A DNA stretch of 51,563 nucleotides from a candidate division WS6 bacterium GW2011_GWF2_39_15 (lineage in GTDB: Bacteria; Patescibacteriota; Dojkabacteria; SC72): NCBI GenBank assembly GCA_000993565.1, contig LBWK01000002.1:290800-342362 (forward strand), read 5' to 3'. This document shows, piece after piece, positions 18,563 to 26,985 of the stretch; position 1 is the first letter of the stretch, and every line of letters starts with the position of its first letter. The translations under genes and the position numbers were made by a program. A model generated the notes under the pieces. The model was not told the DNA's origin and ran no database searches. It saw only the letters and a list, made by a program, of their open reading frames with translations.

Positions 18563-19429
18563 TTAGTTGGACCCGTAAATCTCTCCCATCCTCATTTTTA
18601 TAAACTCATTCCATATAACTTTGATCCCTGTCTCATTCTCGGACCAAGATTTCATTGTAATGTTTCCGGTCTCTAGAGGAGAATTAAACCTGTATACCTC
18701 ACCGATACCGAACTTTTTGAAATACGAATATAGTCTTCTTTGTGCAAACCAGGCTATAACTACAGCCACTTTAATATCTGTTGTCTTCATTTCAGTTTCT
18801 AATGCACTGAAAACATTCTTTAACCAGTTTATGAAAGTCTTGACTGAATCTGCAATCGTTATCGCGTTTGGGTCAATAATTAACCGATCTTTTGGTATTC
18901 CATTTTCTAGTGCAACTCGGGAAAAAATTACAGCTTCAGGGAGTTTATCAGTTTGGTCGTAATTAGGTTTACCGCCGGATATTACTACCATTGGAGCTAC
19001 CCCTGCTTTGTAAAGCTGGGCACCTTTTAAAACCCTGTCAGTGTCGCCGCTTCCTAATATGAAGATAAAGTTTGATTTTAGCCCTTCTGAACCGTCTTGC
19101 TCTAATTTTTGATCCTCCGACTCGCCAAGGTATTTCGTAATCTCACTGATAACAACCCTCTCTTTAAGTTCGAGAGTCCTTTTCACTACCTGTTCCGTTA
19201 TCTCATTGCCTACGTTTAGAATCTCTTTTATATCAAGTTTTTCTGTGAAAATCCGAATTTGATTATCCAGACCAAGTGCTTTGAGCCATTTAATAGGGAG
19301 ATCGTTATTTACAAATGTTTTGTCTTTTAAATGTTCAGGAACAATTGTTACGCTTTCATTTGTAAGAATATCGTTTAACTCTGATTTGGTGGGGAGCTGT
19401 GAGAAGGTTGTGCGTTTATTCAGTGTCAT
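18563..19429 (-). CDS. DUF218 (YdcF/ElyC-like) domain protein
   Basis: IFILGSGDTDRVLKGAQLYKAGVAPMVVISGGKP...PEA...GIPKDRLIIDPNA matches the DUF218 core pattern. An extra ~115-aa N-terminal region is unassigned. Confidence 0.7.
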   Translation of the reverse strand: MTLNKRTTFSQLPTKSELNDILTNESVTIVPEHLKDKTFVNNDLPIKWLKALGLDNQIRIFTEKLDIKEILNVGNEITEQVVKRTLELKERVVISEITKYLGESEDQKLEQDGSEGLKSNFIFILGSGDTDRVLKGAQLYKAGVAPMVVISGGKPNYDQTDKLPEAVIFSRVALENGIPKDRLIIDPNAITIADSVKTFINWLKNVFSALETEMKTTDIKVAVVIAWFAQRRLYSYFKKFGIGEVYRFNSPLETGNITMKSWSENETGIKVIWNEFIKMRMGEIYGSN

Positions 19430-19527
19430 TTCCTAAGCAAAATAGAAGTAGTTATTAGAATATACGTTGAAAAACCTTTTGAATCAATATCTAAATGGAT
19501 TAGAATGGTTTTATGGGCTGATATAAA

Positions 19528-20094
19528 TTATAACTCCTTGACTGTAATCTTCTTCGCCTTCTTAACAACTTTCTTGGGCTCAAGTAGAGTTATTATCTTA
19601 TCTAGCTTTGTACTGATCTCTTCCAATACTTTATCTCGTGCTGCATTAGGATTTGGCACAAGACCTTTAACTATACTCATACTTACACCATTTGCATCGC
19701 TTTCTCTTGTATTTCCTCTCTTTTCAAAACATCTGCTGCAGTATATCGGTTTATCTCCGGTGGGTCTGAATGGCACCTCGCATTCTTTTCCACAGTCTAT
19801 GCATACTGCTGAGAACATCTCTTTGTTCTGGAAGTCTCTTGCATCTCTTGAGTAACCGGAGTCTCTTGATCCTCGTCTGTCTCTGTCATTGTTTCCTCCA
19901 CCTACTTTCTCAAAGCAGTTGCTGCAGTATATTGGTTTTCCTCCTGTAGGTTTGAAGGGTACTTTACAGTTTTTTCTGCAGTTATCACATATTGCGTCAT
20001 GCATTTCAGGTCTGTCTGATTGTCCTCTGTTAAATGGTCTTCCTCCTGATTTTCTGTCTGAATTGTAATTTCTCGTTTTAATAACCTTATTCAT
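19528..20094 (-). CDS. CxxC-x17-CxxC zinc-ribbon protein with two copies of the motif
   Basis: CDNCRKNCKVPFKPTGGKPIYCSNCF and CIDCGKECEVPFRPTGDKPIYCSRCF, separated by an R/G/S/D-rich linker. Confidence 0.8.
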   Translation of the reverse strand: MNKVIKTRNYNSDRKSGGRPFNRGQSDRPEMHDAICDNCRKNCKVPFKPTGGKPIYCSNCFEKVGGGNNDRDRRGSRDSGYSRDARDFQNKEMFSAVCIDCGKECEVPFRPTGDKPIYCSRCFEKRGNTRESDANGVSMSIVKGLVPNPNAARDKVLEEISTKLDKIITLLEPKKVVKKAKKITVKEL

Positions 20095-20448
20095 ATTACT
20101 TAGTATCGGCTACACTATATGTTATTTATGAAGGAATAACAAGGAAAGATTATTTAGGAGATATTGCTGAGATGATAGTAGGTATTTGGTGTCTATTTTA
20201 CTTCTCCTGTTATCCTTCCTGCTTCAATAAACTTCCTTTTATACATGTCTTTTTCTTCTGCTGAGAATAGTGAAAGAACTTCAAAATCAAATTCAGTTTT
20301 TTGATTTTTAACAACCGGTTTATTCACTCTGCGGTATCCATAGAAGTCCATTCTCCATCAGCAATTAATACTGCAATACGAAGAGGAAAAGCCCGTTCTC
20401 TTTCTTTGAGGATTGTATATATTCCACCAACATATTGATGGTAATAAA

Positions 20449-20859
20449 TTAACTTTTCAATGTTCCCATAAACTGCCATGAGTTTCCTTCCGGGTCAAGG
20501 AATGTAGAAACATACCAAGGCTTATCTTCTCTATAGAAAGGTGTTTTCGTAGGTTCACAGAGTATAGTGGATCCTGCATCTCTTACTTTCTCATACCACT
20601 GTTGGACATCATCCGTATAAAGATTGTGCATTATTCTAACCGGCTCTTTACTTTTGCCTTTCACTTGGGAGTGTTTACCTATCCATACATAATCGTTCTT
20701 CTCTGTAAGGATAAATTCGTAGCCGTAATCAGGAGTAATGCCTTTTTTCTCCTTAATATCTACTTTCTCGGCTAGCTTCAGCTCTAATACATCCCTATAA
20801 AATGTCATTAACTTATCCGGGTTTTCTGACCAGATTAGGATATATGTGCCTTTGAACAT
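20449..20859 (-). CDS. VOC / glyoxalase-bleomycin resistance family protein
   Basis: 136 aa. The N-terminal beta-alpha-beta block reads LIWSENPDKLMTFYRDVLELKL and the C-terminal block reads FLDPEGNSWQF. Confidence 0.75.
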   Translation of the reverse strand: MFKGTYILIWSENPDKLMTFYRDVLELKLAEKVDIKEKKGITPDYGYEFILTEKNDYVWIGKHSQVKGKSKEPVRIMHNLYTDDVQQWYEKVRDAGSTILCEPTKTPFYREDKPWYVSTFLDPEGNSWQFMGTLKS

Positions 20860-20883
20860 AGTTAAATGAATTATGTTAAGTAA

Positions 20884-21915
20884 TTATTCTACAATAGGTA
20901 TTTTATTCAGTCCATTGATTACGTTTGCCAATATCTTTATCTCTTCCCACTTAATTTTGTTCTTCTTATCTTCAAACTCTTTTGGACCAATGATATCTGT
21001 TTGATAACCATTATCTATCTTCACAAGTACTCCTCTTGATGTCCAGAATGCATTGGCACTCCTGGCAACCGAATTAATAGATATCCAGTTATCTGGATTC
21101 TCCTCCTCACTGCAGTATGTGCCAACCATTGAAATTCTCTCTTCCCCGTTAAAATATTCCTCCCTTATCTTGTAATCCTCTTCTAAATAAACGTGATTGA
21201 ATGCAAGTGATCTTAGTGCAATCTCATTAAGTTCCTCCTCAGTCTTCTTTGTTAAATCAACTGGACCATCAAGCTTCAGATTAAAGAGAGGTCTTTTGAG
21301 TGAATCCTTTAAACCATCACCAAGGGTCTTCCTAAGATCCTCCATCTTAGCTGGAACCAGCTTATCCATATCTTCAAAAAACTTCTTTGTATCGTACTGT
21401 TCTGGAAGGGTAATGTAGTTGATTGTAATATTTGATGGAGTGTATGGTTTTACAAACTCAACAAGTTTCTTGAAACTACTCGTATACTCATCAATATCCT
21501 GCTTTGAGAAATTATTATGATATATAGTTGCCTCACACTCTGACTCATACTCAAGAAAGACTCCTGGTTCATAGTACTTGGCAATAGGGGAGAGAAGCTT
21601 AAGAAGGTATATCAAATGGAAAAACTCTGACCACTCAATATGAGGATATGCCTCCTTCACCCATGGATTCTTGTATCCTCCGAATGCAAATATCAGATAA
21701 ATAGGTTTCTTCCCCTTAACCGACATAGCAATCTTCTTCTTGATAGTTTCCTTAGTGGTATCTTTGAGGAAGTTTTTCCTGAACTTCTTTGAAAGAAGTC
21801 TCTGTCCTATGAAATATTCAATCTGTCCAAGCTCAAGCATCTTCTTCTCGTCCTGGGTAATATCTTCAGATTTAATACTCTCAAGTTCCTGTCTCAGGTA
21901 TCTATCTATGTCCAT
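20884..21915 (-). CDS. hypothetical protein (343 aa)
   Basis: Intact ORF. There is only a weak by-eye resemblance to the DIT1/PvcA core (see findings). Confidence 0.65.
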   Translation of the reverse strand: MDIDRYLRQELESIKSEDITQDEKKMLELGQIEYFIGQRLLSKKFRKNFLKDTTKETIKKKIAMSVKGKKPIYLIFAFGGYKNPWVKEAYPHIEWSEFFHLIYLLKLLSPIAKYYEPGVFLEYESECEATIYHNNFSKQDIDEYTSSFKKLVEFVKPYTPSNITINYITLPEQYDTKKFFEDMDKLVPAKMEDLRKTLGDGLKDSLKRPLFNLKLDGPVDLTKKTEEELNEIALRSLAFNHVYLEEDYKIREEYFNGEERISMVGTYCSEEENPDNWISINSVARSANAFWTSRGVLVKIDNGYQTDIIGPKEFEDKKNKIKWEEIKILANVINGLNKIPIVE

Positions 21916-21938
21916 GTATATTTGAAATTCAGAATTAT

Positions 21939-22003
21939 TGGTGCCGGAACCTTACGGATCTCCTACATTAGAGTGCAGGTATTCTAACTTAAACTACTCC
22001 GGC
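21939..22003 (-). ncRNA. aberrant tRNA-like element (65 nt) with a 7-bp acceptor stem, discriminator A and encoded CCA, but no T arm
   Basis: Minus-strand sequence: GCCGGAGTAGTTTAAGTTAGAATACCTGCACTCTAATGTAGGAGATCCGTAAGGTTCCGGCACCA. GCCGGAG pairs with TTCCGGC. A weak D stem (GTTT/GAAT) is possible. The anticodon-like stem CCTGC/GTAGG encloses an 8-nt loop, ACTCTAAT. Only 12 nt occupy the space where the variable loop plus T arm (~21 nt) should be. Confidence 0.35.
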
Positions 22004-22518
22004 AATACATTTTAGCATAATTCTATTGTAGGTGGATAGAAGTGCTGGCTATTTTTGCAGACGAATGGATTATATGTTATATTTATACGGGTACTATACT
22101 TAGTATCCTGCTACCCTAAGTAGTAGAAACGGAAAAACCGAGGGAAGCACAAATAGAATAGCTAAAAGCTTTTAAAGCTTAGTGTCTGATTCTTTTTGTG
22201 GAACTCGTGTTAATCCACAGATTTCAAAGGAAGAATCATATGAGACACTCAATAAATTTGAGGGTGTTTATTTTGAAACTGGTCTACAATCTAAACAAAA
22301 AAGAACAATATAAGTATCAAGCTTCTAAAAAGCTGAAAGATTTTGTATCACAAAACAAGACTTTAATATCATTTACAATTGATATAATACGCATTTTAGT
22401 TTCTATTTTTAAATAGACCGGACTTTAAGCCCTCCTCAAGGTTTCCACTTTCTGCTATAATCCCTCTATAACAAGATTTGTGACAGAAATAACAGAATTA
22501 AAATAACTAGGTATTAAC

Positions 22519-23718
22519 ATGAAATTCGTTATTTTTCACGGATCTTTAGGATCTTCCAATGGAAACTGGTTTCCCAATCTTAAGAGCAAGCTTGAATATA
22601 TGGGGCAAACCGTATACTGCCCCCAATACCCTGTAGATGATGAAAATACCCTTAAAAAGAGTGATAAAAAAAACATTCAGAATCTTGATTCCTGGATGAA
22701 AACTTTTGAGAGGGAAGTGCTGCCCCATTTAAAAAGAAGAGAGAAAATATGTTTTGTAGGACACTCTCTTGGTAATGTCTTCATACTACATATTATTGAG
22801 AAATATAAGATAAAGGTAGATTGTGCAATATTTGTATCACCATGTCTTGATAGATTACCGAATGCAGATTGGAAGTATGATAAGGTGAATACAACTTTCT
22901 ACAAAACAGACTTTGATTATGAGATGCTTCAGAAGTATATACCGGTTTCCTATGTACTATACTCTGATACAGACCCGTATATAGAGCCCCACAGAGCCCT
23001 ACACTTCGCAAAAGTCCTCGGAAGCTCACATATCATGGTTAAAAGAGCGGGGCATTTGAATGCAGATGTTAATATGAACGAATTTCCCCTCGTCTACGAG
23101 CTTTGTGTCACCAGACTCGACCTCACTCTATATCAGAAATATTCGTACAAAAGAAAGATAGAGGATACTATTCAGAGTTTAAGACATGCAGACAGCAAGT
23201 ATATAGTAATGACTCCGGATCAATTGAATGATGAAGCAACCTTTCATTTCATGCATTTAAATAAAGGGGGATTTGCAGCATTCATGTCCAATTCGGACAA
23301 ATGGGATCCTGAGGATGAATACTTTAAAGGCGGCAGGAAACTAGCAGGAAAGGGATTAGACTTCTCAAGGGTATTTGTAGTCGTTAACAAGCAGGATCTT
23401 AAACGACCAGTACTTAGAAAACAGATAGAATTGGATATTAAGGGGGGAATTAAGGTTTATCTAATTGATTATAAGGTGTATCAAACTATTGGCTGTGAAG
23501 ATGACTGGGGAATATGGGATAACGAGTATGTATGTATTCAGCATAGAAATAAGGAGGGGAAAGTTACAGACGGTATGATAGATGCCAGGGTTAAAACCCT
23601 TCTTACAGCACAAAATTGGAGGGACAGGATTATAAGGTTGGCAAAGAGAGCAAAAGATATTAAAAAGATAGATGAGTATTATGTCAAAAATGGAATAGAA
23701 TTTGAAATTATAGAATAG
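22519..23718 (+). CDS. serine hydrolase (YdeN/RBBP9-like alpha/beta fold) fused to an unassigned ~190-aa C-terminal domain
   Basis: MKFVIFHGSLGSSNGNWFP, nucleophile elbow GHSLG, then SDTDPYI and GHLN. The C-terminal half contains EDDWGIWDNEYVCIQHRNKEGKVTDG. Confidence 0.75.
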   Translation: MKFVIFHGSLGSSNGNWFPNLKSKLEYMGQTVYCPQYPVDDENTLKKSDKKNIQNLDSWMKTFEREVLPHLKRREKICFVGHSLGNVFILHIIEKYKIKVDCAIFVSPCLDRLPNADWKYDKVNTTFYKTDFDYEMLQKYIPVSYVLYSDTDPYIEPHRALHFAKVLGSSHIMVKRAGHLNADVNMNEFPLVYELCVTRLDLTLYQKYSYKRKIEDTIQSLRHADSKYIVMTPDQLNDEATFHFMHLNKGGFAAFMSNSDKWDPEDEYFKGGRKLAGKGLDFSRVFVVVNKQDLKRPVLRKQIELDIKGGIKVYLIDYKVYQTIGCEDDWGIWDNEYVCIQHRNKEGKVTDGMIDARVKTLLTAQNWRDRIIRLAKRAKDIKKIDEYYVKNGIEFEIIE

Positions 23719-23744
23719 CGCATAATAAAAACAGATCGCTTGTA

Positions 23745-24236
23745 TTATGATAGGAGATATAACCAGGCTCGATTTCCTCCCACATTTCCTTCCCATTGTC
23801 TTGCTACTGTTACTCCTCGTCTCTGTAATTCTTTAAGGACTTTAGTAAGATTGTGAGAGGCCCATCCATCTGAACTATCTTTTATATATCTGAGTACTGG
23901 ACGCTCAGAGCTTAGGAGTAGGAGTTCTCCCATGATCCATATTCTCTCTCCGACCTGTTGCCCCTCAAATTGAGAAGAAACTATCACTCCGCTTTCCCAC
24001 ACATCAGCACGACTTTGCTCAATGATTCTATTAGCATCTGCGGGTAAAATATTTCTATCACTTACCCCACGGTCCATGTACTGTCTGGCGATTGGTTCCC
24101 CTGAACTAATCTTTATAAGTCGTATTTCGGTATGCCCTTGGGAAGTCTTTTCCTCAATCTTAAATTCTTTAAGATTGTCTAATGGGTTTACGCTTTCACC
24201 ACTGTCTGAATCATGTGATTTATGGAAGAAGTTCAT
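23745..24236 (-). CDS. hypothetical protein (163 aa)
   Basis: Intact ORF convergent with the hydrolase gene. No motif recognised. Confidence 0.55.
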   Translation of the reverse strand: MNFFHKSHDSDSGESVNPLDNLKEFKIEEKTSQGHTEIRLIKISSGEPIARQYMDRGVSDRNILPADANRIIEQSRADVWESGVIVSSQFEGQQVGERIWIMGELLLLSSERPVLRYIKDSSDGWASHNLTKVLKELQRRGVTVARQWEGNVGGNRAWLYLLS

Positions 24237-24395
24237 AAGTATTTAACTAAAAATTAATTTGGAATCTCACAGTATGAAGACAATATCGTTGTTCATATAT
24301 ATTTGTCCATAGTCGTAGGTTAAGTTAGATATATCATTATAAATTATAATAGCTTTGGATTGGTAAGAGGTGCATAGTATTAGTATAATACACAT

Positions 24396-24878
24396 ATGTA
24401 TTCAAGTTTAGAACAAGATCTTAAAGAAATCAGAATGTCCGATACAGTGTCGGACTTTTATGGACGTTGGAATCGTAATGCGAAAGAAAGACATATTACA
24501 CCGTGGGGAATGATTTTTAAGGGTAGTAAATTAACAAGTATTTTGTCCGATTTCATTTCCGGACTTCAGTCTGTATATGATATGGAAAACCTTTCTTTTT
24601 CAGTGGCTTTCGGTGTTATGGAAGCAGCATCATTTCATCATCCGTATATAAGAAATGTAGATGGAGTATTGAATGCAAAGAGAATATACAAAGTCATGGC
24701 AGGCTCACTAATATGCGTAAGGGAGGGTGAAATGAAAGAATATACTCCTGAAGGAGATTTTATTGTAGTTGAAAATCAGGATATATTTTCATTCAAGGCA
24801 GGGGCAGAAGGCTGTGTTTTTGCAATTTTTGATTTTCCAGCCTTTGATTTAAAATACGATTTAAATCAAATATTCTGA
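24396..24878 (+). CDS. hypothetical protein (160 aa), possibly cupin-like
   Basis: Intact ORF. The C-terminal beta-rich segment DFIVVENQDIFSFKAGAEGCVFAIFDF is only suggestive of a cupin fold. Confidence 0.55.
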   Translation: MYSSLEQDLKEIRMSDTVSDFYGRWNRNAKERHITPWGMIFKGSKLTSILSDFISGLQSVYDMENLSFSVAFGVMEAASFHHPYIRNVDGVLNAKRIYKVMAGSLICVREGEMKEYTPEGDFIVVENQDIFSFKAGAEGCVFAIFDFPAFDLKYDLNQIF

Positions 24879-24902
24879 GTGGCGGGAAAACCTTGGAAAA
24901 TA

Positions 24903-25316
24903 TTAGCTTTTTGGTGCTTCAGTAGGTTTAGAATGCACCAGGTTATAGTTCTCTATTTTTTGCTTGTCACAAAAAGTACTTGTCGCAACCATAAAGGCCT
25001 CGAACCATGGTCCAGTGTGAACATATATAATATTGTGTAAATGGTCTTCCGGGTAGAAAAGATTAACGCTTGTAAGTTTGTGAGGGAGAAAGCTTTCCCA
25101 TATACATGATTGATGTGATTCAAAAGCATATGCTCCAGGTATCTCAATTACTATTTGGCAAAGAGTTTGGATAAGGATATCCAAGTTATCAGTCAAACCA
25201 TGATAAGTGCGATTTTTATAGGTTTTAAGCTGTTTTTCAATCGCCCTCCTGTACTGCTCGAGCTCGTGATTAAGAGGGTAACTTAATAAGTCATGCATAT
25301 GATAATTATACTGCAA
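24903..25316 (-). CDS. hypothetical protein (137 aa)
   Basis: Intact ORF. No motif recognised. Confidence 0.55.
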   Translation of the reverse strand: MQYNYHMHDLLSYPLNHELEQYRRAIEKQLKTYKNRTYHGLTDNLDILIQTLCQIVIEIPGAYAFESHQSCIWESFLPHKLTSVNLFYPEDHLHNIIYVHTGPWFEAFMVATSTFCDKQKIENYNLVHSKPTEAPKS

Positions 25317-25404
25317 GCTACATGCACTTAAAATTGTTTCAAAAGGTATTTACCATCTATTCGCCCTATAGTATACTTTCGGAAATATTGAAAATGACTG
25401 TAGT

Positions 25405-25899
25405 ATGAAACCTTTAGAACTAAAAGCATCAGAATTTGGATTAAATGGATCTAGAAAAAAGGTCTGGGATCTATTCAGCGGTCGGGAGCATTTAGTCCAG
25501 AATATTGATAGACAAGTTAGTCTTGGCAGCAATGGACAACCTAAGTTAGTTGTATCAATTACTGGTAAAGGGGATGTAGAAATTTTTGCTGACAAAAAGG
25601 GAAGAGTATTAGCGATTGTGAGGATCAATCATAAAGAGGATGGGTTTGAGGAATTGGGCAGGTATGCGGAAATTCCTGATGGGTTTCACCCAACTGGTCT
25701 TTATGGATTGCTTTTAACGGATGATATTGTAGAGCCAGTTCTTCTAGCCGCTTCGGATAGAGATCCCTCCTACCGTAACTGTAAAATTTGTAAGATTAAA
25801 TCTGTTGCTTATGAGGGGGATCAAATTGATGAAATCCAAAAGCTTGTTTCTTCTGATCTTGCATTCCAGGTAGGGGTGGCCTTTGCACAACTTAAGTGA
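25405..25899 (+). CDS. hypothetical protein (164 aa)
   Basis: Intact ORF. No motif recognised. Confidence 0.55.
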   Translation: MKPLELKASEFGLNGSRKKVWDLFSGREHLVQNIDRQVSLGSNGQPKLVVSITGKGDVEIFADKKGRVLAIVRINHKEDGFEELGRYAEIPDGFHPTGLYGLLLTDDIVEPVLLAASDRDPSYRNCKICKIKSVAYEGDQIDEIQKLVSSDLAFQVGVAFAQLK

Positions 25900-25919
25900 A
25901 TGACGACAATTCTTCTCTT

Positions 25920-26276
25920 TTACTTCATACTTTCCTTAACTCTGAATTCCACAATTCTTTTTACGAGATCATGAGGTATAGGTTTGTTATTTGGAAACTG
26001 TATTGCACCTTTAGATGTTTTATACTCTGAAGTTTCTTTTTTGAAAGCTTCTATACCTGAAGGAAAGGGATAGAAGCCTATATGGTTCTTATACCCCGCA
26101 AAGTATATAAGAGTTTTACCGTTTATTTTGTATGCAGGCATCTTATAACTTATTGACTCTACAGCCCCGGGAATAGTGTCCTTGATTAGTTTCCTCAGCT
26201 TTCTCATCCTTATCTGTATATCTTCCGGGAAGTTTTTAATATATTCATCAACAATAGATGCCTCTATTTTTTGCAT
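25920..26276 (-). CDS. DUF1801 (YdhG-like) domain protein
   Basis: IDEYIKNFPEDIQ...LRKLIKDTIPGAVESISYKMPAYKINGKTLIYFAGYKNHIGFYP...KGAIQFP is the typical YdhG-like layout. Confidence 0.8.
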   Translation of the reverse strand: MQKIEASIVDEYIKNFPEDIQIRMRKLRKLIKDTIPGAVESISYKMPAYKINGKTLIYFAGYKNHIGFYPFPSGIEAFKKETSEYKTSKGAIQFPNNKPIPHDLVKRIVEFRVKESMK

Positions 26277-26359
26277 ACATTTTTATATTAACATTTGGAG
26301 AGAGTTTTGGCATACATGAGAGAAAGGTTTTTAGCCCGTGTATTTCAATTCATAAGATT

Positions 26360-26812
26360 TTAGTACTTGATAAAGGAATCTTTATAATATAGATCTTGTG
26401 TTCCGGTATGGTAAGAGTTGGTGTAAATCTCTTTGTAAAAATTGCGGAGGCCATAATTTCTAGTTTCAGGATCAATTAGAGTCTGATCTCCGCCTTCTCC
26501 GTATTTATACACTGTAACACAGTCTTTATTGAAAAATCCTCTTCCTGGGCTTACATCCTCCTGGTAAATTACTCGATATTGTTCTTGACCTGATTGGTCC
26601 TTAATAACAGCTATAAAACCTCTATCAAAACCAGTCCCACCATCATAGAAGGTTATTGAGCCGTTTTCATGGTTATCAAGTAAATTTTTTACTTCTAAAT
26701 TTCCGCCGGCATTTAGTAAACTAATAGCCTGCTTTTTCTGCGAATCTAGTGGAGTATAGCTTTCGGGAAGCTTGTGCTTTGGTTTCATTTTAATATAGGT
26801 AGAAGTTAGCAA
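26360..26812 (-). CDS. hypothetical protein (150 aa)
   Basis: Intact ORF with a possible alternative start at MKPKH. No motif recognised. Confidence 0.55.
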   Translation of the reverse strand: MLTSTYIKMKPKHKLPESYTPLDSQKKQAISLLNAGGNLEVKNLLDNHENGSITFYDGGTGFDRGFIAVIKDQSGQEQYRVIYQEDVSPGRGFFNKDCVTVYKYGEGGDQTLIDPETRNYGLRNFYKEIYTNSYHTGTQDLYYKDSFIKY

Positions 26813-26985
26813 GAAATGCTATCACAGTAGGATTTCTTTGTCCATAATGGCAGGATGAAATTTGTTTTGCTTTTTCGTTAGGGATTTTCAAAATTCTATT
26901 TGACAAGCAACTGTGATAGTGGAAATATTAAATGGGGTCTAATCCATTTCAGATAGACTTCATCTAACTTTACTTATCTAATAAT

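Noticed and set aside
22198-22416. 72-aa GTG-initiated ORF in the 600-nt gap upstream of the hydrolase gene.
   Set aside because: It has a Lys/Ile-rich AT-driven composition, no start context and no motif. The gap is more likely regulatory or non-coding.
26818-26928. Long-range inverted repeat GCTATCACAGT...ACTGTGATAGT, plus a TTGACA (26900-26905)-N17-AAATAT promoter-like pair upstream of 26986.
   Set aside because: The -10 element is weak and the 10-bp arms are ~80 nt apart. This is plausible promoter/operator DNA but too weak to call as a feature without comparative or transcript data.
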